Assembly: GCF_000009045.1 (NCBI RefSeq)
Contig: NC_000964.3
Span: forward strand, 3,900,001 to 3,932,000
DNA length: 32,000 nucleotides
Source: Bacillus subtilis subsp. subtilis str. 168
GTDB lineage: Bacteria > Bacillota > Bacilli > Bacillales > Bacillaceae
Reading direction: 5' to 3'
Positions 18,262 through 27,950 of this stretch are shown one piece after another. How positions within the stretch are numbered: the stretch's first letter is position 1; each line of letters starts with the position of its first letter. The position numbers and the translations under genes were made by a program. Below the pieces are notes generated by a model, which saw only the letters and a list, made by a program, of their open reading frames with translations, did not search any database and was not told the origin of the DNA.

Positions 18262-18776
18262 CATCCTTCCTATTGATGTAATAAATCTGAAGTGCATACT
18301 TCCTCAAAATCTTTTCTCTACTTTGTTATGCTATCAAAAACTTCACTTATTAGCTTTATTTTTTTATAAACTTCATCCCATTTTCGCTTAAATGTCATAA
18401 AATCGACAAAAATTGCTCCAACTTTATTCACATCTATCGCTTAAGATGAAAAGTTTCTAGTTATTTCCGCATATAAAGTAAAGAAAGATGATGAAGAACT
18501 AATTCTGACAAATTAAGGTTTACCACAATAAAAAACTTAGGTCAATCAAAAATTTCATTTTGTTAAACTTTCTAGATAGGAATTATTTTTTCCTCGTCTA
18601 GCATCTTTTCACACGGTTACCATTTTAACGCATCAAATATTGAAAGAAAAGGCGCAATGAAGAGCCAATATGCTCTGAATTGTCCGTATTTTTTTATGAG
18701 AGCATCCAGTTGTTTATCTTATACAAAAAAGAGGAATGATATAAGCAAATAAATAAAAAATAGGATGTGTTGCATG

Positions 18777-19022
18777 ATGAGTTTTCTTATTTCACTTATC
18801 GTCGCTATTATTATCGGATGGCTTGGAAGCCTGTTTGTAAAAGGAGATATGCCCGGAGGAATTATCGGGTCTATGATCGCAGGTCTTATAGGCGCCTGGA
18901 TCGGACACGGGCTGCTTGGAACATGGGGGCCGCACCTAGCCGGATTTGCCATTATTCCAGCGGTAATCGGCGCAGCCATTGTTGTCTTTCTAGTAAGCCT
19001 GTTAACCAGAAAAAGAGGATAA
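18777..19022 (+). CDS. ywzA: GlsB/YeaQ/YmgE-family small membrane protein
   Basis: MMSFLISLIVAIIIGWLGSLFVKGDMPGGIIGSMIAGLIGAWIGHGLLG... typical Gly-rich family signature. Start 18774 or 18777. Confidence 0.85.
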   Translation: MSFLISLIVAIIIGWLGSLFVKGDMPGGIIGSMIAGLIGAWIGHGLLGTWGPHLAGFAIIPAVIGAAIVVFLVSLLTRKRG

Positions 19023-19031
19023 AAGCAGCAG

Positions 19032-19065
19032 CACCCGAAGCGTCAGCGCTTTGGGTGTTTGTTTT
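19032..19065 (+). terminator. Terminator downstream of ywzA
   Basis: CACCCGAAGCG-TCAG-CGCTTTGGGTG then TTTGTTTT. Confidence 0.75.
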
Positions 19066-19075
19066 GCCATAAAAA

Positions 19076-19110
19076 TCGAAAAAGCCTCAACCCTAGCGGT
19101 TGAGGCTTTT
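19076..19110 (-). terminator. Terminator overlapping the 3' end of galT
   Basis: Minus strand AAAAGCCTCAACC-GCTAG-GGTTGAGGCTTTTT; the galT TAG stop (19093-19095) is in the loop. Confidence 0.85.
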
Positions 19111-20634
19111 GACTGGTTTGGCGCCCAACTGATCGATGAACCTTCTGAAGGCCTGTTTTCCCTCTGCTGTCTGCTTAAATACACCGGCGTGTTCAAGGAT
19201 GCGCGCGAATACATGTCCCAGCTCTTCTTTTATGACTAGATCTACGTTCTCTTTTGTTATGGTTCTTTTTTCCATCGTCCGAAGAGCCCACTCACTATGC
19301 TTTGCAGTGAGCGGATTTTGTTCTAAGGCTGTTTTCGGATCAGCAGAACATAGCGCCGCTGCCGTTTCTTTCATTTCCTCCTGTAAGCGGCCAGGCAATA
19401 TCGCCAATCCCATGACCTCAATCAGGCCGATATTTTCTTTTTTAATATGGTGGACTTCTTGATGAGGATGAAATATTCCTAATGGATGCTCCTCATCCGT
19501 CCGGTTGTTCCTCAGTACGATATCGAGTTCGTACAAGTCTCCCCTGCGCCGCGCAATCGGTGTGACCGTATTATGGGGCGTATCGCCTGTATAGGCGGCA
19601 ATGCCGGCTTTTTCATCGGAATACGTCTGCCACGTGCGGAAGATATGGTCAGCAGCTTCGGCGACATGACCCGGTTCGTCTCCTTGGAGCCTGAGCACAG
19701 ACATCGGCCACTTCACTAAGCCCAGCGACACGCCGGGATAATCATTTAATTCATAAACGTCTTCCGCTTCTGCACGTGCCATTGGAAAATCATGCGCGCC
19801 GCCTTGGAAATGATCATGGCTTAGGATGCTGCCGCCGACAATCGGCAGATCCGCGTTTGAACCGATAAAATAATGCGGATATTGGCCAAGAAATGACAGC
19901 AGCCTTTCAAATGTTTTTTTGCTGATCTCCATCGGTTCATGTTCACCTTTTAAGACAATGCAGTGCTCCGGATAATAGACATATGGCGAGAATTGCAGGA
20001 ACCATTGTTCGTCCTCAAGGATGACCGGAATGATTCTGTGATTTTGCCGGGCTGGATGATTCACGCTTCCCTCGAAGCCGACATTTTCTTTACACAGCAA
20101 ACACATCGGATAATTTGTCTGTTCCTGCTCTTTTGCAGCCGCAATCGCTTTCGGGTCCTTTTCAGGCTTTGATAGGTTAATGGTCATTTCCAGCTCGCCA
20201 TATTCGGTCGGCACCGTCCAATGAACATTTTTGGCGATTCTGTCAGTCCGTATATAATAGACATCCTCTGAATATTGATAGAATTCCTTTGTCGCCTGTT
20301 TTGGGCCGTATAATGCTTTTGTCTCTTCAAATTTGCGAATGACCTCGGACGGGGCAGGCACAAAACAGCCCATCAGCTTTGCGCTGAGCAGGTCACGGTA
20401 CGTATCTGTATCCGCTTCCATTCGGCCGGTTTCGGCAGCCCATTTATAGATGGGAGCTAGCAAGTCCGGCAGGCTTTGTGACTGCTTGATGCTGGTGCTG
20501 GAGTTCGGCTCGGGATGTGTGATGCCCAGCGCTTCATAAAGACGGTTTCTCGTATATTCCCGATCCCAGATCGAAATCAATTTTCGTTCCAGGCCATACT
20601 CAAGCAGCTGTTCCAGATGTTCAATAATACTCAT
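19093..20634 (-). CDS. galT: Galactose-1-phosphate uridylyltransferase (class II, Gram-positive type)
   Basis: 513 aa; GalT2 family sequence with SHDHFQGG and KWPMSVLRL. Confidence 0.95.
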   Translation of the reverse strand: MSIIEHLEQLLEYGLERKLISIWDREYTRNRLYEALGITHPEPNSSTSIKQSQSLPDLLAPIYKWAAETGRMEADTDTYRDLLSAKLMGCFVPAPSEVIRKFEETKALYGPKQATKEFYQYSEDVYYIRTDRIAKNVHWTVPTEYGELEMTINLSKPEKDPKAIAAAKEQEQTNYPMCLLCKENVGFEGSVNHPARQNHRIIPVILEDEQWFLQFSPYVYYPEHCIVLKGEHEPMEISKKTFERLLSFLGQYPHYFIGSNADLPIVGGSILSHDHFQGGAHDFPMARAEAEDVYELNDYPGVSLGLVKWPMSVLRLQGDEPGHVAEAADHIFRTWQTYSDEKAGIAAYTGDTPHNTVTPIARRRGDLYELDIVLRNNRTDEEHPLGIFHPHQEVHHIKKENIGLIEVMGLAILPGRLQEEMKETAAALCSADPKTALEQNPLTAKHSEWALRTMEKRTITKENVDLVIKEELGHVFARILEHAGVFKQTAEGKQAFRRFIDQLGAKPVKSLNR

Positions 20635-20637
20635 ATG

Positions 20638-21810
20638 TCACTCCCCCTTTAGTTCTCTCGCTCCCTCTCCGATATCCGCGACATAAAAGTCCGCTCGGAG
20701 CCCTGTTTTTTCTTGATATCTGTCTCCAACCTTCTGAATAAAATCATCAACGAACTCATCTTTTACAATGCTGATGGTGCAGCCGCCAAAGCCTGCTCCC
20801 GTCATTCTTGATCCAATTACACCTTCGTGATCCCATGCCGCAAACACAAGCTCATCAAGTTCAGGGCATGTTACTTCATAGTCATCCTTCAATGAAAGGT
20901 GGGATTCCTTCATTAACTGCCCGATTTCATCTATATTGTTCTCTTTGAACATATGGGCCGTCTTAATAGCACGATGATTTTCGTATACAGCGTGCTTTGC
21001 CCGGCGTCTGTTCGTTTCATTTTGGATCAGGCTGGAATGCGCATCGAAATCAGAAGGCTTGATGTCGCCCAGTGCGGCAATATCGAGGCCTTTTTTCAGA
21101 TCAAGCAATGCATCATTGCATTCTTGGCGTCTCGTATTATAGCTGGAGTCAGCCAATGTCCTTTTTTTGTTCGTGTTCGCGATGACCAGCGCGAGGCCTG
21201 AGACATTGAGTTTGCTATATTCATAGTCAAGCGTGTCACAGTTCAGCAGCATCGCATGATGTTTTTTCCCCATTCCAATTGCAAATTGGTCCATAATTCC
21301 GCAATTGACGCCGATAAAATGGTTTTCCGCATGCTGCGCCATTTTCACAAGCTCAAGCGCATCTACTTCAGGATGAAAATAACTTTGGAGCACGACCCCC
21401 ATCAGCAGTTCAATAGAAGCGGAAGACGACAGTCCCGCCCCGTTTGGAATATTCCCTGAAAATACAATGTCAAAGCCATGGGGAACTGCATATCCCCTCT
21501 GTTGAAATTCATAAATCACGCCTTTTGGGTAGTTCGCCCAGTCGTCTTCTTTTTGATAGCGAATGTCGTCAAGGCTGCATTCCTTGATGCCTGCGTTTCT
21601 AAAGTTATCTGAATACATCCGGACAAGCCCGTCGTTTCTTTCTGCAACAGCAGCATATGTACCCATTGTCAGCGCGCACGGAAAGACATGCCCGCCGTTA
21701 TAGTCTGTATGTTCTCCAATCAGATTCACTCTTCCAGGTGCGAAAAAAAACCGTAACCCCTCTTTTTCTCCGAATACACTTGCAAATATCCCCTTTAGCT
21801 CTTCCCGCAT
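20638..21810 (-). CDS. galK: Galactokinase
   Basis: GHMP kinase signature PGRVNLIGEHTDYNGGHVFPCAL, GAGLSSSASIELL, TGAGFGGCTIS. ATG at 21810 after AAAGGTG (390 aa). Confidence 0.97.
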   Translation of the reverse strand: MREELKGIFASVFGEKEGLRFFFAPGRVNLIGEHTDYNGGHVFPCALTMGTYAAVAERNDGLVRMYSDNFRNAGIKECSLDDIRYQKEDDWANYPKGVIYEFQQRGYAVPHGFDIVFSGNIPNGAGLSSSASIELLMGVVLQSYFHPEVDALELVKMAQHAENHFIGVNCGIMDQFAIGMGKKHHAMLLNCDTLDYEYSKLNVSGLALVIANTNKKRTLADSSYNTRRQECNDALLDLKKGLDIAALGDIKPSDFDAHSSLIQNETNRRRAKHAVYENHRAIKTAHMFKENNIDEIGQLMKESHLSLKDDYEVTCPELDELVFAAWDHEGVIGSRMTGAGFGGCTISIVKDEFVDDFIQKVGDRYQEKTGLRADFYVADIGEGARELKGE

Positions 21811-21890
21811 GTGCAATCACCTTTCTGGTTTTTATTTTTTATTCCCCTTATTTCTTCATAGAAAACGGCAGATCATATGCTGCAGTCCTC

Positions 21891-22295
21891 TCATACCCCT
21901 TCTTCTTTTGTTTTTTTAAAGACGAGCCATTTGCTCGCAACATAGTTGACGACAACAATGACCGCGTTGTCGAGTATTTTGGCCAAGGTTTCATTTGTAT
22001 TGAACTGGCCGACAAGAATGATCATCATGCCTAAATCTATGCCGAGAGACAGGACCCGAACGCTGAAAAAAGCAGTGAGCTCTTTCAGCAGGCTCTGCAG
22101 ATCATGTGTTTTTTGCTGAAACACATATAATTTATTTGTTATGTAAGCAAACAGCACGGACAAAATCCAAGCGGCAACAGTGGCGGCTTTGTAATCCACA
22201 TTCATGATCTCTACCAATATATAAAAGCTGGCGATATTCACAATGGTTGTGAAAACCCCCATAATGATATACATAATTATTTCTCTATACTTCAC
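21891..22295 (-). CDS. gtcA: GtrA/GtcA-like membrane protein (cell-wall glycosylation family)
   Basis: GTG start at 22295 after GCGAGG gives 134 aa (MKYREIIMYIIMGVFTTIVNIASFYILV...VVVNYVASKWLVFKK), a GtrA-like fold. Overlaps ywcC by 4 nt. Confidence 0.82.
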   Translation of the reverse strand: MKYREIIMYIIMGVFTTIVNIASFYILVEIMNVDYKAATVAAWILSVLFAYITNKLYVFQQKTHDLQSLLKELTAFFSVRVLSLGIDLGMMIILVGQFNTNETLAKILDNAVIVVVNYVASKWLVFKKTKEEGV

Positions 22296-22963
22296 TGATG
22301 TTCCTCGCTTTCTGAAAAACTTTTCAAAATTCTTGGCCTCTCGTGCTCTCTGTCTAAAGTAAAAAATACCGAGAGTGCGTCTAAAAAGCTGCGGAAGGTG
22401 GCTGGCTGGCCCAATACATATGATTGTTTGATGATTCCGTCGAGGACTGCACATATTATTTTAGCCGTATATTCAGGATCAATACAGGCGTCAATCAGCT
22501 TTCTCTCCTTCAGCCACTTAATATATAACACATTTTCTTCCACCCACAATTCGTACAGCCGGACATAGGCCTTGCATTTCTTTAAGACTTTATATGTCGG
22601 CATGTTCATGGCAAACGAGGTGATGTCCCACGACGGCTTATTTATGTAATAGGAATAAAGCAGTTCTGCAGCGTGTTTTGCAGCCTCGTCCAATGTCAGC
22701 GATTTCACTGACTCCCGCTCCATTTGATCAAGATACCCTATAATGATCTTTTTTTTCATCTGACGTTTTTCGAGAAGGTACAGCAGAAAATCGTCCTTGC
22801 TGACAAAATGAACATAAAATGCTCCTTTGCTGTACCCGGCGGCTCTGCTGATATCTTCTACAGAAACCGGATCATACGCTCGGTCAATCAACAAATTCAC
22901 GCCAGCGTCTATAAAACTTTCAAATGTTGCTTCTCTTTTAATTTGAAATTTGTTTTTTTTCAT
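22292..22963 (-). CDS. ywcC: TetR family transcriptional regulator YwcC (repressor of slrA)
   Basis: 223 aa; helix-turn-helix SVEDISRAAGYSKGAFYVHFVSKDDFLLYLLE. Divergent to slrA. Confidence 0.92.
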   Translation of the reverse strand: MKKNKFQIKREATFESFIDAGVNLLIDRAYDPVSVEDISRAAGYSKGAFYVHFVSKDDFLLYLLEKRQMKKKIIIGYLDQMERESVKSLTLDEAAKHAAELLYSYYINKPSWDITSFAMNMPTYKVLKKCKAYVRLYELWVEENVLYIKWLKERKLIDACIDPEYTAKIICAVLDGIIKQSYVLGQPATFRSFLDALSVFFTLDREHERPRILKSFSESEEHQ

Positions 22964-23318
22964 ATTTTTCTCCTGGCGGTAATGATTACCCTTATCTTAC
23001 ACCGGATCAATCTTTAGCGGTATTTATTTCTTTAAACGGTTATGCTATTCGGTTTCCCAGGGGTCATTTTTAATAGGCTAAATGATTTATTTTCATTTAC
23101 ATACTATCCAGTCAGTATTTAATTGTTTATTATTATAAATAAGGTCCATTGGTTATATTAGTCATTTTTTTAGGGAATAGGTAGGTGGTTTTTCCTTCAG
23201 TTTGTGAACACCGAGCAACTATGTGTGAAATTTGTTGTACTCGCCTCCATCATCGCGCTGGCTTGTCTTTTATTGCCCGCATGTTGCAGGAAAACATTTT
23301 ATACAATTGGAGGTTACT

Positions 23319-23477
23319 ATGAAAACTCATGTTAAAAAAGATTTGGACAAAGGTTGGCATATGTTAATTCAAGAAGCTAGATCCATTGGATTAGGCATTC
23401 ATGATGTGAGGCAGTTTTTAGAATCTGAGACAGCATCAAGAAAGAAAAACCACAAAAAAACCGTCCGGCAAGACTAG
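23319..23477 (+). CDS. slrA: SlrA, SinI-like small antirepressor of SinR/SlrR
   Basis: TTGGAGGTTACTATG; 52 aa MKTHVKKDLDKGWHMLIQEARSIGLGIHDVRQFLES..., with SinI-like motif. Track start at 23232 is upstream of the real RBS. Confidence 0.92.
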   Translation: MKTHVKKDLDKGWHMLIQEARSIGLGIHDVRQFLESETASRKKNHKKTVRQD

Positions 23478-23919
23478 TCCGAACAGGCGGATCTATTTAC
23501 CTCTGGCTTTTCTATCACCTGATCTGAGTTTTCACCATATCCTCTATTCAAAAGCAAATCGCTGCGCTGAGCTTGAGGACAAACGGTGTGTCAGCTAACT
23601 ACGACAGACAGCCGGTGATGCGATCACCTCTTGGCACATGCATTGTCATAAAGAGGTGATGCGAACATGATAACCGTGCTCTGGTAAACAGCAGCTTTGC
23701 TGAGAACAAGCTGCATTCGGTGAGGTTTTGAAAGCAAACTCGTTTATACACGGCCGAGCTTGAAAACCTTCGCCTGTCTTTAGACCACTGTGTTCACCTC
23801 TTCACGACTTCCTTCTTTTTTCATCCTCCAGCTATTGTACAACGCATAAATCGGACTTTCAGTACATACCTATTGGTGTACCTTTTTGCTTACGTTTAGC
23901 GAATAAAAGGAGGAAAGCC

Positions 23920-24228
23920 ATGTACAAAGCTGATTATAAACAGATTGCTGCAACGCCGTCTTTTCAAGCTTTTTTAAAGCAGAAACGCGCTTTTATTGTT
24001 CCTTCTGCGATTTTCTTTTTTGTTTTTTATTTTTCACTCCCTGTTTTGACATCTTATTTCACCTTTTTGAATGCACCGGCCATTGGAGCTGTTTCATGGG
24101 CTTGGCTGTTCGCCATCGCCCAATTCGCTATGACCTGGATACTGAGTACTGTGTATTCCCGGAGAGCCGCCCATTTCGATAAGTATGTAAGCGCTTTAAA
24201 AGAGGATCTGAAGGGTGAACAGACATGA
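23920..24228 (+). CDS. ywcB: DUF485 family membrane protein YwcB
   Basis: 102 aa with two TMs, 4-nt overlap with the downstream solute:Na+ symporter, a typical DUF485/ActP pair. AAAGGAGG RBS. Confidence 0.9.
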   Translation: MYKADYKQIAATPSFQAFLKQKRAFIVPSAIFFFVFYFSLPVLTSYFTFLNAPAIGAVSWAWLFAIAQFAMTWILSTVYSRRAAHFDKYVSALKEDLKGEQT

Positions 24229-25766
24229 ATATGACTGCTTTTTTATTATTTTTGGCGATTGTTGGCCTGACGCTTATTATCACGTATTTTGCCGCGAAGC
24301 GGACGAAAACGACGAGTGAGTTTTATACGGCGGGCGGCGGGCTCACCGGCGTTCAGAATGGACTGGCAATTGCCGGTGACTACATGTCTGCCGCCTCGTT
24401 TCTCGGGATTGCCGGAATGATTGCGTTATATGGATTTGATGGCTTCTTTTACAGCATCGGTTTTCTGGTGGCTTATCTCGTTGTCTTGTACATCGTGGCG
24501 GAGCCGCTTCGGAATCTTGGAAAGTACACGATGGCAGACATGATTGCCGCTCGCTTTAAAGAAAAGAAAATCCGCGGTGTCGCGGCTCTCAATACCATTG
24601 CCATCTCTACTTTTTATATGATCGCCCAGCTCGTGGGGGCGGGCGCGCTGATCAAACTGCTTCTAGGGCTGGATTATACCGCGGCTGTCCTCATCGTCGG
24701 AGTGCTGATGACCATTTATGTCGTGTTTGGCGGCATGATCGCGACAAGCTGGGTTCAAATTATTAAAGCTGTTTTGCTGATGGCCGGCACACTCGTGATT
24801 TCGATTATCGTGTTTTCGAAATTCGGCTTTAGCCTTAATACCATGTTTGAACAGATGAAAACGGCTACTCCGCTTGGCGCTGATTTTTTGAACCCCGGAA
24901 ATAAATACAAGGTGCCGCTTGAGACCTTGTCGTTAAACTTGGCACTCGTGCTGGGAACCGCCGGGCTTCCGCATATATTGATCCGGTTTTATACCGTTAA
25001 GGATGCCAAGACGGCCCGTACATCCGTTGTGTCAGCGACATGGATTATCGGTGTGTTTTACATTATGACGGTATTTCTCGGCTTTGGTGCCGCGGCATTT
25101 GTCGGTTTTGACGCGATTACGGCGGCTGATCAAGCGGGAAATATGGCGGCTCCGCTTTTAGCAAAAGCGCTCGGAGGAGACTTTCTGTTCGCGTTTGTAT
25201 CAGCCATCGCCTTTGCCACCATTTTGGCTGTCGTGACAGGGTTGGTGCTGTCTGCCGCCTCAGCATTTGCCCATGATATTTACAGCCAGATCATCAGAAA
25301 GGGAGAAGCAACTGAAAAAGAACAAATGAAAGCGGCCAGATGGGCTTCTGTCGCCGTGTCAGTGCTCTCGATTCTCCTTGCGATTTTTGCACAATCCTTA
25401 AATGTGGCGTTCCTTGTTGCACTCGCGTTTGCGGTAGCCGCCAGCGCAAACCTTCCGCTGATTGTGTTTACAGTCTTCTGGAAACGATTCAATGCCTCAG
25501 GCGCTTTATGGGGCAGCCTGACAGGCCTGATCAGCGCGCTTGTGCTGGTATCGATGAGCCCTAGTGTGTGGGACCCGGCCGGAGGTGCTATTTTTACCGG
25601 TGATCCGCTCATTCCGCTATCTAATCCAGGAATTATTTCCATCCCGCTCGGCTTTCTCGGCGCGTGGCTCGGAACGGTGCTGTCGTCTGATAAAACAATT
25701 GATGAAGATACGTTTGCAGAAATTCAGGTGAAGGCGCATACTGGCGTCCATATGGAACAGGAATAA
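24225..25766 (+). CDS. ywcA: Sodium:solute symporter, acetate-permease (ActP)-like
   Basis: 513 aa SSS-family protein (FYTAGGGLTGVQNGLAIAGDYMSAASFLG...). Confidence 0.93.
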   Translation: MNMTAFLLFLAIVGLTLIITYFAAKRTKTTSEFYTAGGGLTGVQNGLAIAGDYMSAASFLGIAGMIALYGFDGFFYSIGFLVAYLVVLYIVAEPLRNLGKYTMADMIAARFKEKKIRGVAALNTIAISTFYMIAQLVGAGALIKLLLGLDYTAAVLIVGVLMTIYVVFGGMIATSWVQIIKAVLLMAGTLVISIIVFSKFGFSLNTMFEQMKTATPLGADFLNPGNKYKVPLETLSLNLALVLGTAGLPHILIRFYTVKDAKTARTSVVSATWIIGVFYIMTVFLGFGAAAFVGFDAITAADQAGNMAAPLLAKALGGDFLFAFVSAIAFATILAVVTGLVLSAASAFAHDIYSQIIRKGEATEKEQMKAARWASVAVSVLSILLAIFAQSLNVAFLVALAFAVAASANLPLIVFTVFWKRFNASGALWGSLTGLISALVLVSMSPSVWDPAGGAIFTGDPLIPLSNPGIISIPLGFLGAWLGTVLSSDKTIDEDTFAEIQVKAHTGVHMEQE

Positions 25767-25794
25767 AAAAAGCTCTCTTTATCGAGAGCTTTTT
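25766..25794. terminator. Bidirectional terminator between ywcA and ywbO
   Basis: AAAAAAGCTCTC-TTTATC-GAGAGCTTTTT. Confidence 0.9.
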
Positions 25795-25796
25795 CC

Positions 25797-26399
25797 TTAC
25801 TTTTTCTTCTGCTCGTCAGAAATCGCTTTTTCAAATACATCCTTGCCGGCAGCACCCGGAATTACAGTGTCACCGATAATAAAGGTTGGAACGGCTGTGA
25901 TGTCAGCCTCTTCATAGGCGTGCTTCAAGGCTTGGCGCTGCACGTCCTGATATGTTCTTGTTTCCAGTGCTGATTTGAATGATGCACCGTCTAATCCCAC
26001 TTCCTCGGCGAGCTTCGTCAAGATGTCAATATCGCCGATATTTTGGTCCTCCTGGAAAAATGCCTGAAAGACACGGGTGTTGTATTCATGTCCTTTATTG
26101 TATTCCTTCGCAAAATGGAAGCCTTCAAACGCGAGGTCTGTATACGGATGGGGCGAGACGTTTGGAAAATTGATCTCGACTCCTAATTTCTCCGCCATTG
26201 GCTGAATTGATGTCTGCCACATGTACTGTTTAGAAGGATCATTGACCGGATCAAGCTGAGGAGATGGGCTTGGGCGCAGTTCAAACGGCATCCACTCGAC
26301 TTCAACATCCTTTCCTTTTATCGCTTCTTCAAAAGCGGCTTTTCCAACAAAACAAAATGGGCAGACGTAATCTGAATAAACTTTAATGTGTACTGTCAT
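25797..26399 (-). CDS. ywbO: DsbA/FrnE-like thioredoxin-fold oxidoreductase YwbO
   Basis: 200 aa; YSDYVCPFCFVGKAAFE (CPFC) and VPTFIIGDTVIPGAAG. Confidence 0.92.
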   Translation of the reverse strand: MTVHIKVYSDYVCPFCFVGKAAFEEAIKGKDVEVEWMPFELRPSPSPQLDPVNDPSKQYMWQTSIQPMAEKLGVEINFPNVSPHPYTDLAFEGFHFAKEYNKGHEYNTRVFQAFFQEDQNIGDIDILTKLAEEVGLDGASFKSALETRTYQDVQRQALKHAYEEADITAVPTFIIGDTVIPGAAGKDVFEKAISDEQKKK

Positions 26400-26465
26400 G
26401 ATAATCTCCTTTCATACTAAATTGATTTTAAACTGTAACAATTAAAGTTACAACTGTTTTTTAAT

Positions 26466-26681
26466 AAAGAAGCCGATTTAGGCTTCTTTCAGATTGATGA
26501 CAAAATCCTAAAAAGTTTTAGGATTTTGTCATCCTTTCAGCGTGATTGAAAACCCTTGAAGTCTAGGAAAGCCGAGCATTGGAGCGGAGCGAATGCTCTA
26601 ATTCGTGAGCACCAACGCACAGGCTTGACAACGAATGCGAGGGTTTGTCGACACGCTGAAAGAAGCCTGTAAAGGCTTCTT

Positions 26682-26682
<1 letters not shown>
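26466..26682. repeat. Nested inverted-repeat element between efeB and ywbO
   Basis: End hairpins AAAGAAGCC-N6-GGCTTCTTT at 26466-26489 and 26659-26682; 18-bp-arm palindrome GATGACAAAATCCTAAAA/TTTTAGGATTTTGTCATC at 26496-26533; arms TTTCAGCGTG (26535-26544)/CACGCTGAAA (26652-26661); inner GAGCATT/AATGCTC. Confidence 0.8.

Positions 26683-27950
<1,268 letters not shown>

Noticed and set aside
18767-19072. 101-aa ORF in an alternative frame over ywzA
   Set aside because: The +18777 frame has a clear GlsB/YeaQ-like signature; the alternative frame is Arg/Tyr-rich and runs through the terminator.
19638-19643. CACGTG core in galT considered as a second parS
   Set aside because: Flanks (TCTGCCACGTGCGGAA) do not match TGTTNCACGTGAAACA.
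21657-22034. 125-aa plus-strand ORF across the galK/gtcA-like junction
   Set aside because: Antisense and low-complexity Phe/Tyr-rich; no RBS.
23232-23477. 81-aa extended form of SlrA starting at TTG 23232
   Set aside because: No RBS at that TTG, whereas TTGGAGG directly precedes ATG 23319, giving the expected 52-aa SlrA.
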